Positions 35,900 to 45,182 of a stretch of DNA of 64,000 nucleotides are shown piece by piece. The stretch is taken from positions 66,295 to 130,294 of the forward strand of contig CAZDJK010000052.1 in NCBI GenBank assembly GCA_964505725.1. The letters run 5' to 3'. Each line of letters starts with the position of its first letter. Positions within the stretch are counted from its first letter, which is position 1. The stretch is from an uncultured Bifidobacteriaceae bacterium (GTDB lineage: Bacteria; Actinomycetota; Acidimicrobiia; IMCC26256; DASPTH01). The translations under genes and the position numbers were made by a program. The notes below the pieces were generated by a model that worked only from the letters and a program-made list of their open reading frames with translations, was not told the DNA's origin and searched no databases.

Positions 35900-36445
35900 C
35901 TCGATCCATACCTCGCGAAAGTCTGACAGATGCGTCGGGCTGCTGAGGGATGAATCGGCCCGGCGCACGCCAGCTTCGATGTTGCTCACCGAACCGATCC
36001 ACCCGTGCACCGCGTCGGTCCGAAGGGTGCGCCACGCTGACGATAGCGAGCAACCGATCAGATGCCTGATTGCGATGCGCTCGAGGGCTGACCGCGTATT
36101 CCCGCCAGAACACGCGCCCAGATCGCCATGACGCTGAGCTGGCGGTATGGGATGCTCACAGCCCGCGGACTGCTGCGATGAGATGCTCCAAGAGCCTGCT
36201 CGAGTCCTTGACTGGCTCGAGTCCCGATGAGAGGCGAACCCGGCGCTCCGTCAGGGGGTCCCACTCCTGCGTTCGAACCAGCTGCGCCGCCCGGCCCATT
36301 GGGGCTTGTCCTCGGTCACGATGGCGAGGTCGACGTCGGAGGTCATCCGAGCATCGCCTCGCGCCCAGAACCCGACGATGGCCACACCAACGATGTCACC
36401 TTGCTCCTGCACCGATGCAGTGACGGGCCCGTCGGACCTGCGCAC
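35900..36445 (-). pseudogene. Frameshifted nucleotidyltransferase (MNT/aminoglycoside-NTase-like) remnant
   Basis: The only intact piece is 36251-36445: ...GDIVGVAIVGFWARGDARMTSDVDLAIVTEDKP (GS-x10-DxD type NTase motif). It stops after WFERRSGTP, and a plausible continuation (EWDPLTERRVRLSSGLE...) is in another frame. The downstream extent is a guess. Confidence 0.4.
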
Positions 36446-36566
36446 ACTCCGCTGCGCGCTCTGCGGTTGTCACCGGCCAGTTGCCCATGCCCGGCGTTTG
36501 GGGGCGTTGGGCGTGGGCGCTGGTGGTCGTCTGTGGAGTACGCGACGGGTTCTATGGGGCGCGCTG

Positions 36567-37181
36567 TCAGGTGGCGGCTCGATGGCATATGGCGAGGAAG
36601 AGTGGGTAGGCGACGCCGTCCCGGACCATGCGATGGCAGGTCTCGAACGCAACGTCGGCGAAGCCCGCATCCTGGAGGCTGGACTCCAATGCCGCGCGGT
36701 TGAATCCGTGATGGCCGTCGAACCCGTCGCCGTGGAAGGAGCCGTCTTCTTCTTCGAGGTCGACGATGCAGAGGTGACCGCCATCGACGAGCAGACGGGC
36801 GAAGGCGTTCAGCACGGGTTCGAGTACCGGGATGTGATGCAGGGTCATCACAGTGACGACGACGTCGAATTGCTCGTCGGGAGCCGGCTCCGAGCCGAGG
36901 TCGATATCCCATACCCGAGCATCGACAATGACACCTGAGGCGATCTTCTTCGTCATGACCTCGCGCATGCCCACCGAAGTGTCAGCCATCGTTACGGGGC
37001 CCACGAAGTCGCGAAGCGCCTGGGTGACCAGACCAGTCCCGGCGCCGTATTCGAGCATCCGCATAGACCGGTCCAATGGCACCGCGGCGCGGATCGCGGC
37101 CGCGACCACTTCGGCACGCTCCCACTTGGCCGGGTCATCATCCCAGGTGGCCGCTCGCTCGTCGAAACTGGGCATGCTCAC
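36567..37181 (-). CDS. Class I SAM-dependent methyltransferase
   Basis: Motif I MLEYGAGTGLVTQAL, then FDVVVTVMTLHHI and LVDGGHLCIVD. Confidence 0.85.
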   Translation of the reverse strand: MSMPSFDERAATWDDDPAKWERAEVVAAAIRAAVPLDRSMRMLEYGAGTGLVTQALRDFVGPVTMADTSVGMREVMTKKIASGVIVDARVWDIDLGSEPAPDEQFDVVVTVMTLHHIPVLEPVLNAFARLLVDGGHLCIVDLEEEDGSFHGDGFDGHHGFNRAALESSLQDAGFADVAFETCHRMVRDGVAYPLFLAICHRAAT

Positions 37182-37290
37182 CAGATCAGCGTATCGGCGC
37201 TCGCATCAACCGCGGCGCGTCATGAGCGCACGTCATCGAATCCGCCGACACGCATCCAAGCCCGCTCCCGACGATCGGGGGCACGGGCAC

Positions 37291-37488
37291 CTATCCCTCG
37301 CCCGAGAACCGCTCCCACGCCGACTGTCGAGTCATCCCCAAGGACGTTCCGATGGCCGCCCACGTGGCGCCAAGCTCTCTCGCGCGCCTCGCGAAGCGGG
37401 AGAGATTGCTTTCGACCCTGCGCACCTGCGGCCGCCAACTGCCGTGCGGGCTTCCGGAGGCGCTCCTGATCGTGCACTCTGGGCGCAT
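37291..37488 (-). CDS. Small HTH protein (hypothetical)
   Basis: The C-terminal part, SRFARRARELGATWAAIGTSLGMTRQSAWERFSG, looks like a helix-turn-helix. The N-terminal part is unconvincing and the start could be the GTG at 37425. The longer track ORF (to 37587) would overlap the HIT gene. Confidence 0.35.
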   Translation of the reverse strand: MRPECTIRSASGSPHGSWRPQVRRVESNLSRFARRARELGATWAAIGTSLGMTRQSAWERFSGEG

Positions 37489-37969
37489 GTCTGAACCTGC
37501 TGACCTTGGGCCGACCGGGGGCGTCGTTTGGTCGAGGCCTACGGAGTGGGAACTGCGCCGAACCATCGAGGGCTGCGTGATTTGCACCTCAGGAAAGCCG
37601 CTGGACGTCGTGGCGGAACTTCCGTCATGTTGGGCGACTGCGCAGCGGGTTGCTCCGCTTCCCGGCTACGTGTGTGTGGTCGCCAGAAAGCATGTCGTCG
37701 AACCGTTCGAGATGAGCGCAGACGAACAGGGTTCGTTCTGGCGTGATGCGATGCTCGTTGCACGCGCGGTTGACAATCTGATCCAGCCGATCAAGATGAA
37801 CTACGAGATCCACGGCAACACGCTGCCGCACCTTCACTTGCATCTCTTCCCGCGACAGCCCGATGATCCCTACGTCGGTGGCCCAATCGACCCGAGGACA
37901 GTCGAGTTCGTGCGATCAGATGCCGAGATCGAAGCACTTGCATCCGCGATCGAGGCGGCGATCACATAG
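37487..37969 (+). CDS. HIT (histidine triad) family protein
   Basis: Starts MSEPADLGP.... Contains CVICTSG, GYVCVVARKHV and the triad HLHLHLFPR. Confidence 0.85.
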   Translation: MSEPADLGPTGGVVWSRPTEWELRRTIEGCVICTSGKPLDVVAELPSCWATAQRVAPLPGYVCVVARKHVVEPFEMSADEQGSFWRDAMLVARAVDNLIQPIKMNYEIHGNTLPHLHLHLFPRQPDDPYVGGPIDPRTVEFVRSDAEIEALASAIEAAIT

Positions 37970-38153
37970 CGAACAGCACGACCGATCTGCTGCTCGGTCG
38001 TCATGCCTGTGGGACACCGCCGAAACGCTCTGTTGTGCAAGCAACGCCCAACCAGATCGGGCAATTGTGCTGGCGTTTGCGTACATCCTACTTGTGGGTA
38101 GCCGCGAGCCCGTCGAACTTGGTCGTGCGTGACGCGCGTGAAACGATCGTGTT

Positions 38154-38882
38154 GTGACAACGACAGGAACCGCACCCGCATGGGAACGGTATGCGTGGAC
38201 GGCAGGCGTCGTCTTCGTCGTCGCGCTCTTGGCGGAGACCGCCATATCTGCGGGAATCCCAATCGACCAGAACGATTCGGCTGCGAAGATCGCGCGGGAG
38301 CTCGATCACCACAGCACGCTCGTCCTCATCGCCGCCTGTGTCTCCGTGGCGTATGCCGCCGCGTTTCCGATCTACCTCTGGAAGCTGTACGGAGCTCTGA
38401 CCGCGAACGCCGACTCTTCGCGAGCCCTCGCCTCCCTTGTCCTGGTGGGCGGGACTGTCTTTGTTGCCCTCCATGCCGTGAGCGATGTCGCGATCTACGG
38501 GTTGCTCGGTTCGAAGCTCGCGTCCTACGGCGCGCACCACGATCCGGGCATCTCCTTCACCCTGTACCTGATGACCTTTGCTCTGGACAGTGTGGGCGAC
38601 GTCTTCGCCAGCCTCTTTGCCCTGGCGACAGGAGTGCTCGTATTCAGGAGTGGTGTCCTGCCACGCTGGCTGGCGTGGGTCTCGATGCTGGTCGCGGTCC
38701 TGTTGTTCCTCCAAGCGTTCGGGCTCGGCGGCGTCATCGCGACGTTCGGCCTCGCTCTCGACCTGATCGGGTTCGTGCTGCTCTTGCTCTTCGTCGTGGC
38801 GAGCAGCGTGATACTGCTGAGGCGCGCGAATCGGTTTGACCAAGCTGGGAGCCAAGCTCCTGGACAAAGCCTCGCTGGTTGA
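38154..38882 (+). CDS. Hypothetical polytopic membrane protein
   Basis: 242 aa with about 6 hydrophobic helices. I cannot securely recognise a family. Confidence 0.65.
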   Translation: MTTTGTAPAWERYAWTAGVVFVVALLAETAISAGIPIDQNDSAAKIARELDHHSTLVLIAACVSVAYAAAFPIYLWKLYGALTANADSSRALASLVLVGGTVFVALHAVSDVAIYGLLGSKLASYGAHHDPGISFTLYLMTFALDSVGDVFASLFALATGVLVFRSGVLPRWLAWVSMLVAVLLFLQAFGLGGVIATFGLALDLIGFVLLLLFVVASSVILLRRANRFDQAGSQAPGQSLAG

Positions 38883-38936
38883 GAACTCCTCGTCGACAGC
38901 CCACACGCACCCGCGCCGCCGCTACTCTGCGGCGCC

Positions 38937-39335
38937 GTGTTGCCGGTCACGTGGTCGACCATCCGGTTGTTCCTCCACGTGCTCGCGGCGACCGTGTGGG
39001 TTGGGGGCCAGCTCACACTCGCCGGACTCGTACCCGGTCTCCGGCGGATCGCTCCCGACGCGCCGCGTGCCGTCGCCCGGCGGTTCAACCAGATCGCGTG
39101 GCCTGCGTTCGGCGTGCTCGTGGTCACGGGGATCTGGAACATCGCCGCCGTGCATCCCAACTGGGGAACCAGCTACGGGACCACTCTGGTGGTGAAGGTC
39201 GTCGTGGTGGCGATCTCGGGGATCACCGCCTTCGTCCACGCGCACTCGCGTTCGCGCCGGATGCTGGCGGTGTTCGGTGCGGCCGCCGGCCTGAGCGCGG
39301 TCACTGCCTTGTTCCTCGGCATCATGCTCGGCTGA
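38937..39335 (+). CDS. Small membrane protein, CopD-like
   Basis: 132 aa. LFLHVLAATVWVGGQLTLAGL resembles the CopD-domain first helix. Four predicted TM segments. Confidence 0.55.
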   Translation: MLPVTWSTIRLFLHVLAATVWVGGQLTLAGLVPGLRRIAPDAPRAVARRFNQIAWPAFGVLVVTGIWNIAAVHPNWGTSYGTTLVVKVVVVAISGITAFVHAHSRSRRMLAVFGAAAGLSAVTALFLGIMLG

Positions 39336-39387
39336 GTCGTCCCGACGCCTGCGGTGCGCCCGTCGACGACGATGTAGAAAGGGCCGA

Positions 39388-40185
39388 GTGGACGTACGAG
39401 GGAAGACCGTCATCGTCACGGGGGCGAGCCGCGGCATCGGGAAGGTCGTCGCGGTCGAGCTCGGACGGCGGGGTGCGAACGTCGTGGTCGCGGCGAGGAC
39501 CGTCGAGCCGCGCCGGACACTCGCAGGTACCGTCGGCGAGACGGCCGCGGCCATCGAGCAGGCGGGTGGTCGCGCGCTGGCGGTGCCGACGAACCTCACG
39601 TCCGCGCTCGACATCGAGGCGCTCACACGCACCACGCTCGAACGTTTCGGCGGCATCGACGTCCTCATCAACAACGCGGCGAACACCGACGGCGGGTCGA
39701 TCGTCGACTGGGACCGTGCGCGGTGGGAAGCGCAGATCGCCACGAACCTCCTCGCTCCGATCTCGCTCGTGCAGGCGGTTCTGCCCGTGATGCTCGCACG
39801 TGGCGGTGGTGTGATCGTGAACGTGACGTCCGGCGCGGCTGAGATGTGGTCGCCGGACCAGGAGCCGACGGGCGCGGAGGCGAAGCGCCTCGGGAAGCAG
39901 TTCGGGTACGCCTCGAGCAAAGCCGGCCTCAATCGGTTCGGCAACATCGTCGCGGGCGAGCTGCGTGAGCTGGGCGTGGCGATCGTGACGGTCGATCCCG
40001 GCTTCACGCGCACCGAGCTGTTGGAGTTCATGGCCGAGCGGGGCGTGGTCGACGCAACGGCAGCCGCTCCGATGAGCGTGCCCGCGAGCACGATCGTGCA
40101 CGTGATCACCTGCGACGACCCCATGGCCTACACGGGCACCGTGGTCCGCGTCGGCGAGGTCGTGCCCGACGAACGTCAGGCCTGA
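39388..40185 (+). CDS. SDR-family oxidoreductase
   Basis: TGASRGIG, NNAA, and the catalytic YASSKAG motif. Confidence 0.9.
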   Translation: MDVRGKTVIVTGASRGIGKVVAVELGRRGANVVVAARTVEPRRTLAGTVGETAAAIEQAGGRALAVPTNLTSALDIEALTRTTLERFGGIDVLINNAANTDGGSIVDWDRARWEAQIATNLLAPISLVQAVLPVMLARGGGVIVNVTSGAAEMWSPDQEPTGAEAKRLGKQFGYASSKAGLNRFGNIVAGELRELGVAIVTVDPGFTRTELLEFMAERGVVDATAAAPMSVPASTIVHVITCDDPMAYTGTVVRVGEVVPDERQA

Positions 40186-40238
40186 GCATCGACGCCGCGG
40201 AACCGACAGAGTGGGGCGCGCCGAGGGGAGGAGACGTC

Positions 40239-40892
40239 ATGAGTCAGCAGGCGCCGTCCGCACGGGCGGACGTCCGGACCTACAAGGTTGTGCACCAGGC
40301 GTTCCGGTTGGCGACGAACCGGTTGGTCGACGCCACCGAGAGGCTCGATCCTTCGGCGCTCCAGCCCGTGGTGGGTTCGCGGTGGGGCTTCTACGACGGG
40401 GTGCTGCACCATCACCACCACAGCGAGGACGACAGCATCTTCCCGGCGCTGCTCGCGGTGCGCCCCGACCTGCACGAGCTCGTCCAGGAGCTCGAGCAGG
40501 ACCACCGGGAGCTGTTGGAGCGCATCGCGGTCGTCGACCGCGCCGTCACCGCGTTCGAGCAGCAACCCGACGCCGACCATCAGTCGGCGGTGCACGACGC
40601 GATCGTCACGGTCCGCGAGGCGTTCTTCCCGCACCTCGACGTCGAGGACGCCCAGATCATCCCCGCGATCGAGGTGTCGGTGGATCCGAACGAATGGGAT
40701 CGCATCGACACCGCCGCGCTGAAGTCGATCCCGAAGCAGTACCTCCCGATGGCCGTGGGAGCGATCGACGAGATGGTTCGCGGTCTCCCCGACGCGGAGC
40801 GCCCTCCGCCGCCCCCGGTTCCGGTCCGCGTCTTGCTCGCGATCTCGTGGCGTCGGAAGTGGGCCGACTGGCTGGAACCGCTTCGAGTCTGA
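40239..40892 (+). CDS. Hemerythrin-domain protein
   Basis: HQAFR, LHHHHHSEDDSIFPAL, LEQDHRELL and HLDVEDAQIIP are hemerythrin-like cation-binding His/Glu/Asp patterns. Confidence 0.8.
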   Translation: MSQQAPSARADVRTYKVVHQAFRLATNRLVDATERLDPSALQPVVGSRWGFYDGVLHHHHHSEDDSIFPALLAVRPDLHELVQELEQDHRELLERIAVVDRAVTAFEQQPDADHQSAVHDAIVTVREAFFPHLDVEDAQIIPAIEVSVDPNEWDRIDTAALKSIPKQYLPMAVGAIDEMVRGLPDAERPPPPPVPVRVLLAISWRRKWADWLEPLRV

Positions 40893-41007
40893 CGTTCAGG
40901 TCGTCGCGAACGGCGGCGCAGGGACCTCGACACCGCGCGCACCTCGGGCCATGATGGCGATCGCGCCGAGGCCGCGTGTGCAGCCCGGTGCACGGAGGTG
41001 AGCTGGC

Positions 41008-42411
41008 ATGGCGGAGCCGCGGGCAGAGGCCGACTACGTGGTGATCGGAGCGGGCGCGGTCGGGATGGCCTTCACCGACGTGATCGTGGCGGAGTCCGAC
41101 GCCGACGTCATCGTCGTCGATCGGCGAGCCTGCCCTGGCGGGCACTGGAACGACGCGTACTCCTTCGTGAGGCTGCACCAGCCGTCCGCGTACTACGGCG
41201 TGAACTCGCGCGTCCTCGGGACGCTGCGGAAGGACGACCGGGGGACGAACGCCGGCCTCTACGAGCTGGCTTCGGGTGCCGAGGTCTGCAGCTACTTCGA
41301 CGCCGTGATGCAGGAGACGTTGCTCCCGTCGGGGCGGGTGCGCTACTTCCCGATGAGCGAGTACGCGGACGGCGTGGTGGAGTCGTTGCTGACCGGCGAG
41401 CGCACCGAGGTGCGTGCGCGCCGGAGGGTGGTCGACGCTGCGTATCTCGGGTCGGAGGTTCCGTCCACGCACCCGCCCGCGTATGCGTGCGAACCCGGAG
41501 CGGAGCTGGTGCCGGTCAACGGGCTCGCTGAAGTCCGCCACCCCTATGCCGGATACGTGGTCATCGGGGGCGGGAAGACGGGGATCGACGCGTGTCTGTG
41601 GCTGCTCGAGAACTCGGTGGATCCGTCGACGATCACGTGGGTCCGCTCGCGCGACCCGTGGCTCCTCAACCGGGCGAACTTCCAGGTCGGCGGGCTCGCG
41701 CTGCAGTTCCTGGACGGCTACGCCACGCAGTGCGAGGTGCTGGCCAACGCCGCGTCGATCGAGGAGGTCTTCTCGGGGTTGGAGGGAGCCGACCTGATCC
41801 TGCGGATCGACCCCGATCATCAGCCCACCATGTTCCGCGGCGCGACCGTGACGCACGCCGAGATCGACGCCCTCCGCCGGATCGAGCACGTCGTGCGCGC
41901 GGGGAGGGTTCTGCGGATCGAACCGGACACGATCGTGCTGGAGCACGGCGTGGTGCCGACGGCAGCCGATCGCCTGCACGTCGACTGCTCGGCCGCCGGG
42001 GTGCGGAACCGCCCGGGTGTGCCGGTGTTCGACGGCGACCGCATCACGCTGCAGTACCTCGTGTTCGGGGGCCATCCGACCTTCAGCTCGGCGATCACTG
42101 CCCACGTCGAGGTGGCCTGCGAAGGCGAGGCCGAGAAGAACGAGCTCTGCCGACCCATCCCCTTCAGCGGCGATGCGGCCGACATCCCGCGCTTCCTGTT
42201 GGCGGACCTGCGCGCGCGTCGCCTCTGGGCGCGCACGCCGCAGGTCAGCGAGTGGAACGACCGTTCGCGGCTCAGTCCGATGGCCGGCGTCGTCGACCGA
42301 CTCGACCTGAGTGACGCGGCGACCCTCGCGATCCTCGAGCGGACCCGCGAGAACCTGCGCCCCGCGCGCGTCAACCTCGAACGACTCCTCGGCGACGCGG
42401 CGACGGTGTGA
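41008..42411 (+). CDS. FAD/NAD(P)-binding oxidoreductase (flavin-monooxygenase-like)
   Basis: DYVVIGAGAVGMAF at the N-terminus and a second dinucleotide motif, YVVIGGGKTGIDA. Confidence 0.8.
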   Translation: MAEPRAEADYVVIGAGAVGMAFTDVIVAESDADVIVVDRRACPGGHWNDAYSFVRLHQPSAYYGVNSRVLGTLRKDDRGTNAGLYELASGAEVCSYFDAVMQETLLPSGRVRYFPMSEYADGVVESLLTGERTEVRARRRVVDAAYLGSEVPSTHPPAYACEPGAELVPVNGLAEVRHPYAGYVVIGGGKTGIDACLWLLENSVDPSTITWVRSRDPWLLNRANFQVGGLALQFLDGYATQCEVLANAASIEEVFSGLEGADLILRIDPDHQPTMFRGATVTHAEIDALRRIEHVVRAGRVLRIEPDTIVLEHGVVPTAADRLHVDCSAAGVRNRPGVPVFDGDRITLQYLVFGGHPTFSSAITAHVEVACEGEAEKNELCRPIPFSGDAADIPRFLLADLRARRLWARTPQVSEWNDRSRLSPMAGVVDRLDLSDAATLAILERTRENLRPARVNLERLLGDAATV

Positions 42412-42449
42412 CGAGTCGGAGACCCCGCCTTTCGAAGCCCGAGCGGACC

Positions 42450-43103
42450 TCACGTCCGGTAGACGCTCCCGTAGTGGCGGCGGAGCAACACGCGAACCGC
42501 GACGATCGTGAGCCACGACCAGATTGCGACCTGCGGATTCACGAACGCGATCGGTATCGACGCGAGGAACACCGCAGGCACCGCGAGGCTCCGCCACAGT
42601 CCGTGCGCGACCTGGAGCGAAGGGGTTTCGCGTCGGATCAGCCGACCACCGTGTGACGCGTACGCCCACAAGCAGGAGATGAGGGCACCGAGCAGGCTCA
42701 TGGTGGCGGCGTAGAAGACGACGGCTGCGACCGCCTTCCCGTGGTCGCCGAGTACCTCGGTGGGGAACGGAACGAACGCCACTACTCCGAGGGTTGCGAG
42801 GTTGAGCGCGAGCAACACCGCATCGAGCCTGACGATGTAGCGGAACATCCGGTGGTGCGCGAGCCAGAAGAGGCCGATCACCGCGAAGCTCAACGCGTAG
42901 CTGTAGATCGACGGCAGCGCGTCGCGCAGGGCGTGCGCGACGCCGGAGTCCCGCGTCCGCGCGGGGATGTGCAGAGACAGCGCGAGCACCGTCATCGAGA
43001 TCGCGAACACGGCGTCGCTGAAGAACACGACACGGTCGAGGTCGAGCCCGCGCTCGAAGCCTGCACCGGCTCCCTGCCGGCCGCTGTCCGTGGTATCCGC
43101 CAC
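42450..43103 (-). CDS. TMEM175/DUF1211-family potassium-channel-like membrane protein
   Basis: RVVFFSDAVFAISMTVLAL signature helix; 6 TM segments. Confidence 0.8.
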   Translation of the reverse strand: MADTTDSGRQGAGAGFERGLDLDRVVFFSDAVFAISMTVLALSLHIPARTRDSGVAHALRDALPSIYSYALSFAVIGLFWLAHHRMFRYIVRLDAVLLALNLATLGVVAFVPFPTEVLGDHGKAVAAVVFYAATMSLLGALISCLWAYASHGGRLIRRETPSLQVAHGLWRSLAVPAVFLASIPIAFVNPQVAIWSWLTIVAVRVLLRRHYGSVYRT

Positions 43104-43158
43104 CGGACGGACTGTACGGCGGTCGGCAGCGTAGCGGCCGGGCTCCCGAGAGGAGCCC

Positions 43159-44673
43159 CTACTTGACGAGCTGCACGTAGGTGTTCTGGCCGATGGACGT
43201 CGGCGTAGTGCCGAGGTTGCCGGGCAGCATGGTGGGCGGGAAGACCCACGCGGTCATGGCCTCTGCGGTGTCGTTCGAACGGCCGAGGGGCGTGGTGTTC
43301 CAGGGGCCCGGCGCGAAGTCGACAGAACAGCCGGTGCTGCAGTTGGCGTACACGTCCTCCATGTAGATGGCGCGGAACGAGCCGATGTTGAGGTCGCCGC
43401 TCGAGCCGTTCGGCGGGATGGCCTGGATGAATTGGGGGACGTAGGCGAACCGGGGCGACAGCTGGATGTCGTAGAGGTCGTCGGGAATCTCGGCAGCCCC
43501 ACTCGGATCGGTGTTGGCGCCGAACACCACTCCGGTGTACCCGCCGCTGTCGTAGTCGGTGAAGCAGGTCTCGAGCGCGGTCTCCATCGTCGCCTGGAGC
43601 GTCGCGAGGGGTCCGCTCAGCAACGCGTCGAACGTCTCCCTCCTGCAGCTCGCGGGAACCGCATTGGCCCCGCTGGTCGACAGGCCGTAAGGGATGAAGT
43701 CCCAGAGCGGCTTGTTGTCGAGGGTGCGGCCCATGGCGGTGGCCGTCGGATAGCCGGGCCAGACGGAGCTGGAGGGTATGCGGGTCAGCCGGGCGCCGCC
43801 GCCGTCCGAGGTGTCGGTGCTGGTCCCGTGCACGAGGCCGGTATCGAACGCGCTGACGTCGTTGCCCGTGCGGGGCGGCAGGGTGTTCGGGAACGGCACC
43901 CCGCACGCGTCGTCGACGGCCATGCCGTTGTACGCGTCCGGGTCGTCCAGGGTCGAGAACACGTGGTCGGCGCCGATCGCGATGTTGTCGATCATCCGGT
44001 TCCGCTGGAAGCTGTTGCCGCAGCGAGTCGGCGTGCTCAGCGTGGAGTTGCCGTACTGGGTGATGTCGAGCAGGTTGAAGTTCCCGGTGGTGGGATCGTC
44101 GCACGTGGCGATCCGGTGGCCGCTCGGACCCTGCTTCATGCACGAGAGCCCGGCCTGGAACCCCGAGAACAGCGCGAACGGCTGGATGGACCCGAACCCC
44201 GCCGTGACGACCCGGGCGACCGCGAGGCGCGTCGCGCTCAGGCTGTTCACGCCGAAAACGCGGCCGAAGTCGGTCGCCGACGTCTGCACCGGGATCTTCA
44301 CGTAGACCTGGGTGAAGGACGGGTCGAACTGAATGCATTGCGTCGCGGCGGAGTACGTCCAGCCGGCGGCGAACGTGGCGGCGGTGCACGAGCTCCACGC
44401 CAAGGTGTTCACGCCGAGGTTGGTGGCCGCGTACGTCTCCACCGTGTTGGCGGCTGCGGTGACATTGGGGAGGTCCTGCGCGCCCGCGAGCGCGGCGGCG
44501 TCGGCGGCGTTCTGGATCTGGCGAACGTGCTCGCTCTGGAAGCCGAGATCGACGACCAGCGCCGCGAACCCGAGCATCACGACGAGGAGGATCGTGAACA
44601 TGACCATGACCGCGCCGCGCTCGCGGTCGTGGCCCTGCGGGCGCTCCCTGATCCAGTGGCGCAAGGTCAGCAC
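43159..44673 (-). CDS. TadG-related large secreted/pilus-associated protein (Tad_N domain plus Cys-rich C-terminal region)
   Basis: The start is set at GTG (complement 44671-44673), overlapping the TadE-like stop by 7 nt. ERGAVMVMFTILLVVMLGFAALVVDLGFQSEHVRQIQNAADAAALAGA is the Tad_N motif. The remaining ~440 aa are Thr/Ser/Gly-rich with about 10 Cys. The track's 5' extension to 44979 is off-frame over the TadE gene. Confidence 0.7.
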   Translation of the reverse strand: MLTLRHWIRERPQGHDRERGAVMVMFTILLVVMLGFAALVVDLGFQSEHVRQIQNAADAAALAGAQDLPNVTAAANTVETYAATNLGVNTLAWSSCTAATFAAGWTYSAATQCIQFDPSFTQVYVKIPVQTSATDFGRVFGVNSLSATRLAVARVVTAGFGSIQPFALFSGFQAGLSCMKQGPSGHRIATCDDPTTGNFNLLDITQYGNSTLSTPTRCGNSFQRNRMIDNIAIGADHVFSTLDDPDAYNGMAVDDACGVPFPNTLPPRTGNDVSAFDTGLVHGTSTDTSDGGGARLTRIPSSSVWPGYPTATAMGRTLDNKPLWDFIPYGLSTSGANAVPASCRRETFDALLSGPLATLQATMETALETCFTDYDSGGYTGVVFGANTDPSGAAEIPDDLYDIQLSPRFAYVPQFIQAIPPNGSSGDLNIGSFRAIYMEDVYANCSTGCSVDFAPGPWNTTPLGRSNDTAEAMTAWVFPPTMLPGNLGTTPTSIGQNTYVQLVK

Positions 44674-45182
44674 GTCGCGCCCGTCTCCGTGAAGCTGGTG
44701 ACCTTGGGCACCTGCTCCAGGCGCATCGTCACGCTGCTGACAAGGGTCTTGCCGTTGACGAACGGGGCGATGAGTCCGGTGATCGACGTCACCGGGTAAT
44801 CGGCGCAGATCTGCAAGGTCTGGCCGATCTGCGCGCTGGGCGGCACGATGACCTTGATCTTGATCTTGGAGCTCGCCAGGTCGATGCGGTTCTTTGCCTT
44901 GCAGATGAGCGCGTTCGTCGCGTCGGTCGTGTTCGCCGGGCTCGCCGGTGGCGTCACCGTCACACCGTTGATGGAGCACGCGGGCGCGCCGGACAGGTCG
45001 TTCACGACGCCCATGCGGGCGGCTTCACGACTCCCGTTGCGGACCGAGACGTAGTTGCTGTAGTCGATGCCGAACTCGACCATCCCGAAGACCAGCGTCA
45101 GGAACAGCGTGAGCACGATCGCGAACTCCACCAGCGCCGCACCGCGCTGCTCCCTCGGAGCGAACCGGTGATCGCGGCTCAT
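44667..45182 (-). CDS. TadE-like protein
   Basis: EQRGAALVEFAIVLTLFLTLVFGMVEFGIDY is the canonical TadE N-terminal motif. ATGA overlap with the upstream gene. Confidence 0.8.
   Translation of the reverse strand: MSRDHRFAPREQRGAALVEFAIVLTLFLTLVFGMVEFGIDYSNYVSVRNGSREAARMGVVNDLSGAPACSINGVTVTPPASPANTTDATNALICKAKNRIDLASSKIKIKVIVPPSAQIGQTLQICADYPVTSITGLIAPFVNGKTLVSSVTMRLEQVPKVTSFTETGATC

Noticed and set aside
37870-38262. Minus-strand ORFs over the HIT 3' end and the 37970-38153 gap
   Set aside because: They are antisense to the HIT gene for half their length, and the remainder shows no motif and has poor composition.
38922-40124. 400-aa minus-strand ORF antisense to the CopD-like and SDR genes
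   Set aside because: The composition is off-frame, and the opposing SDR has textbook motifs.
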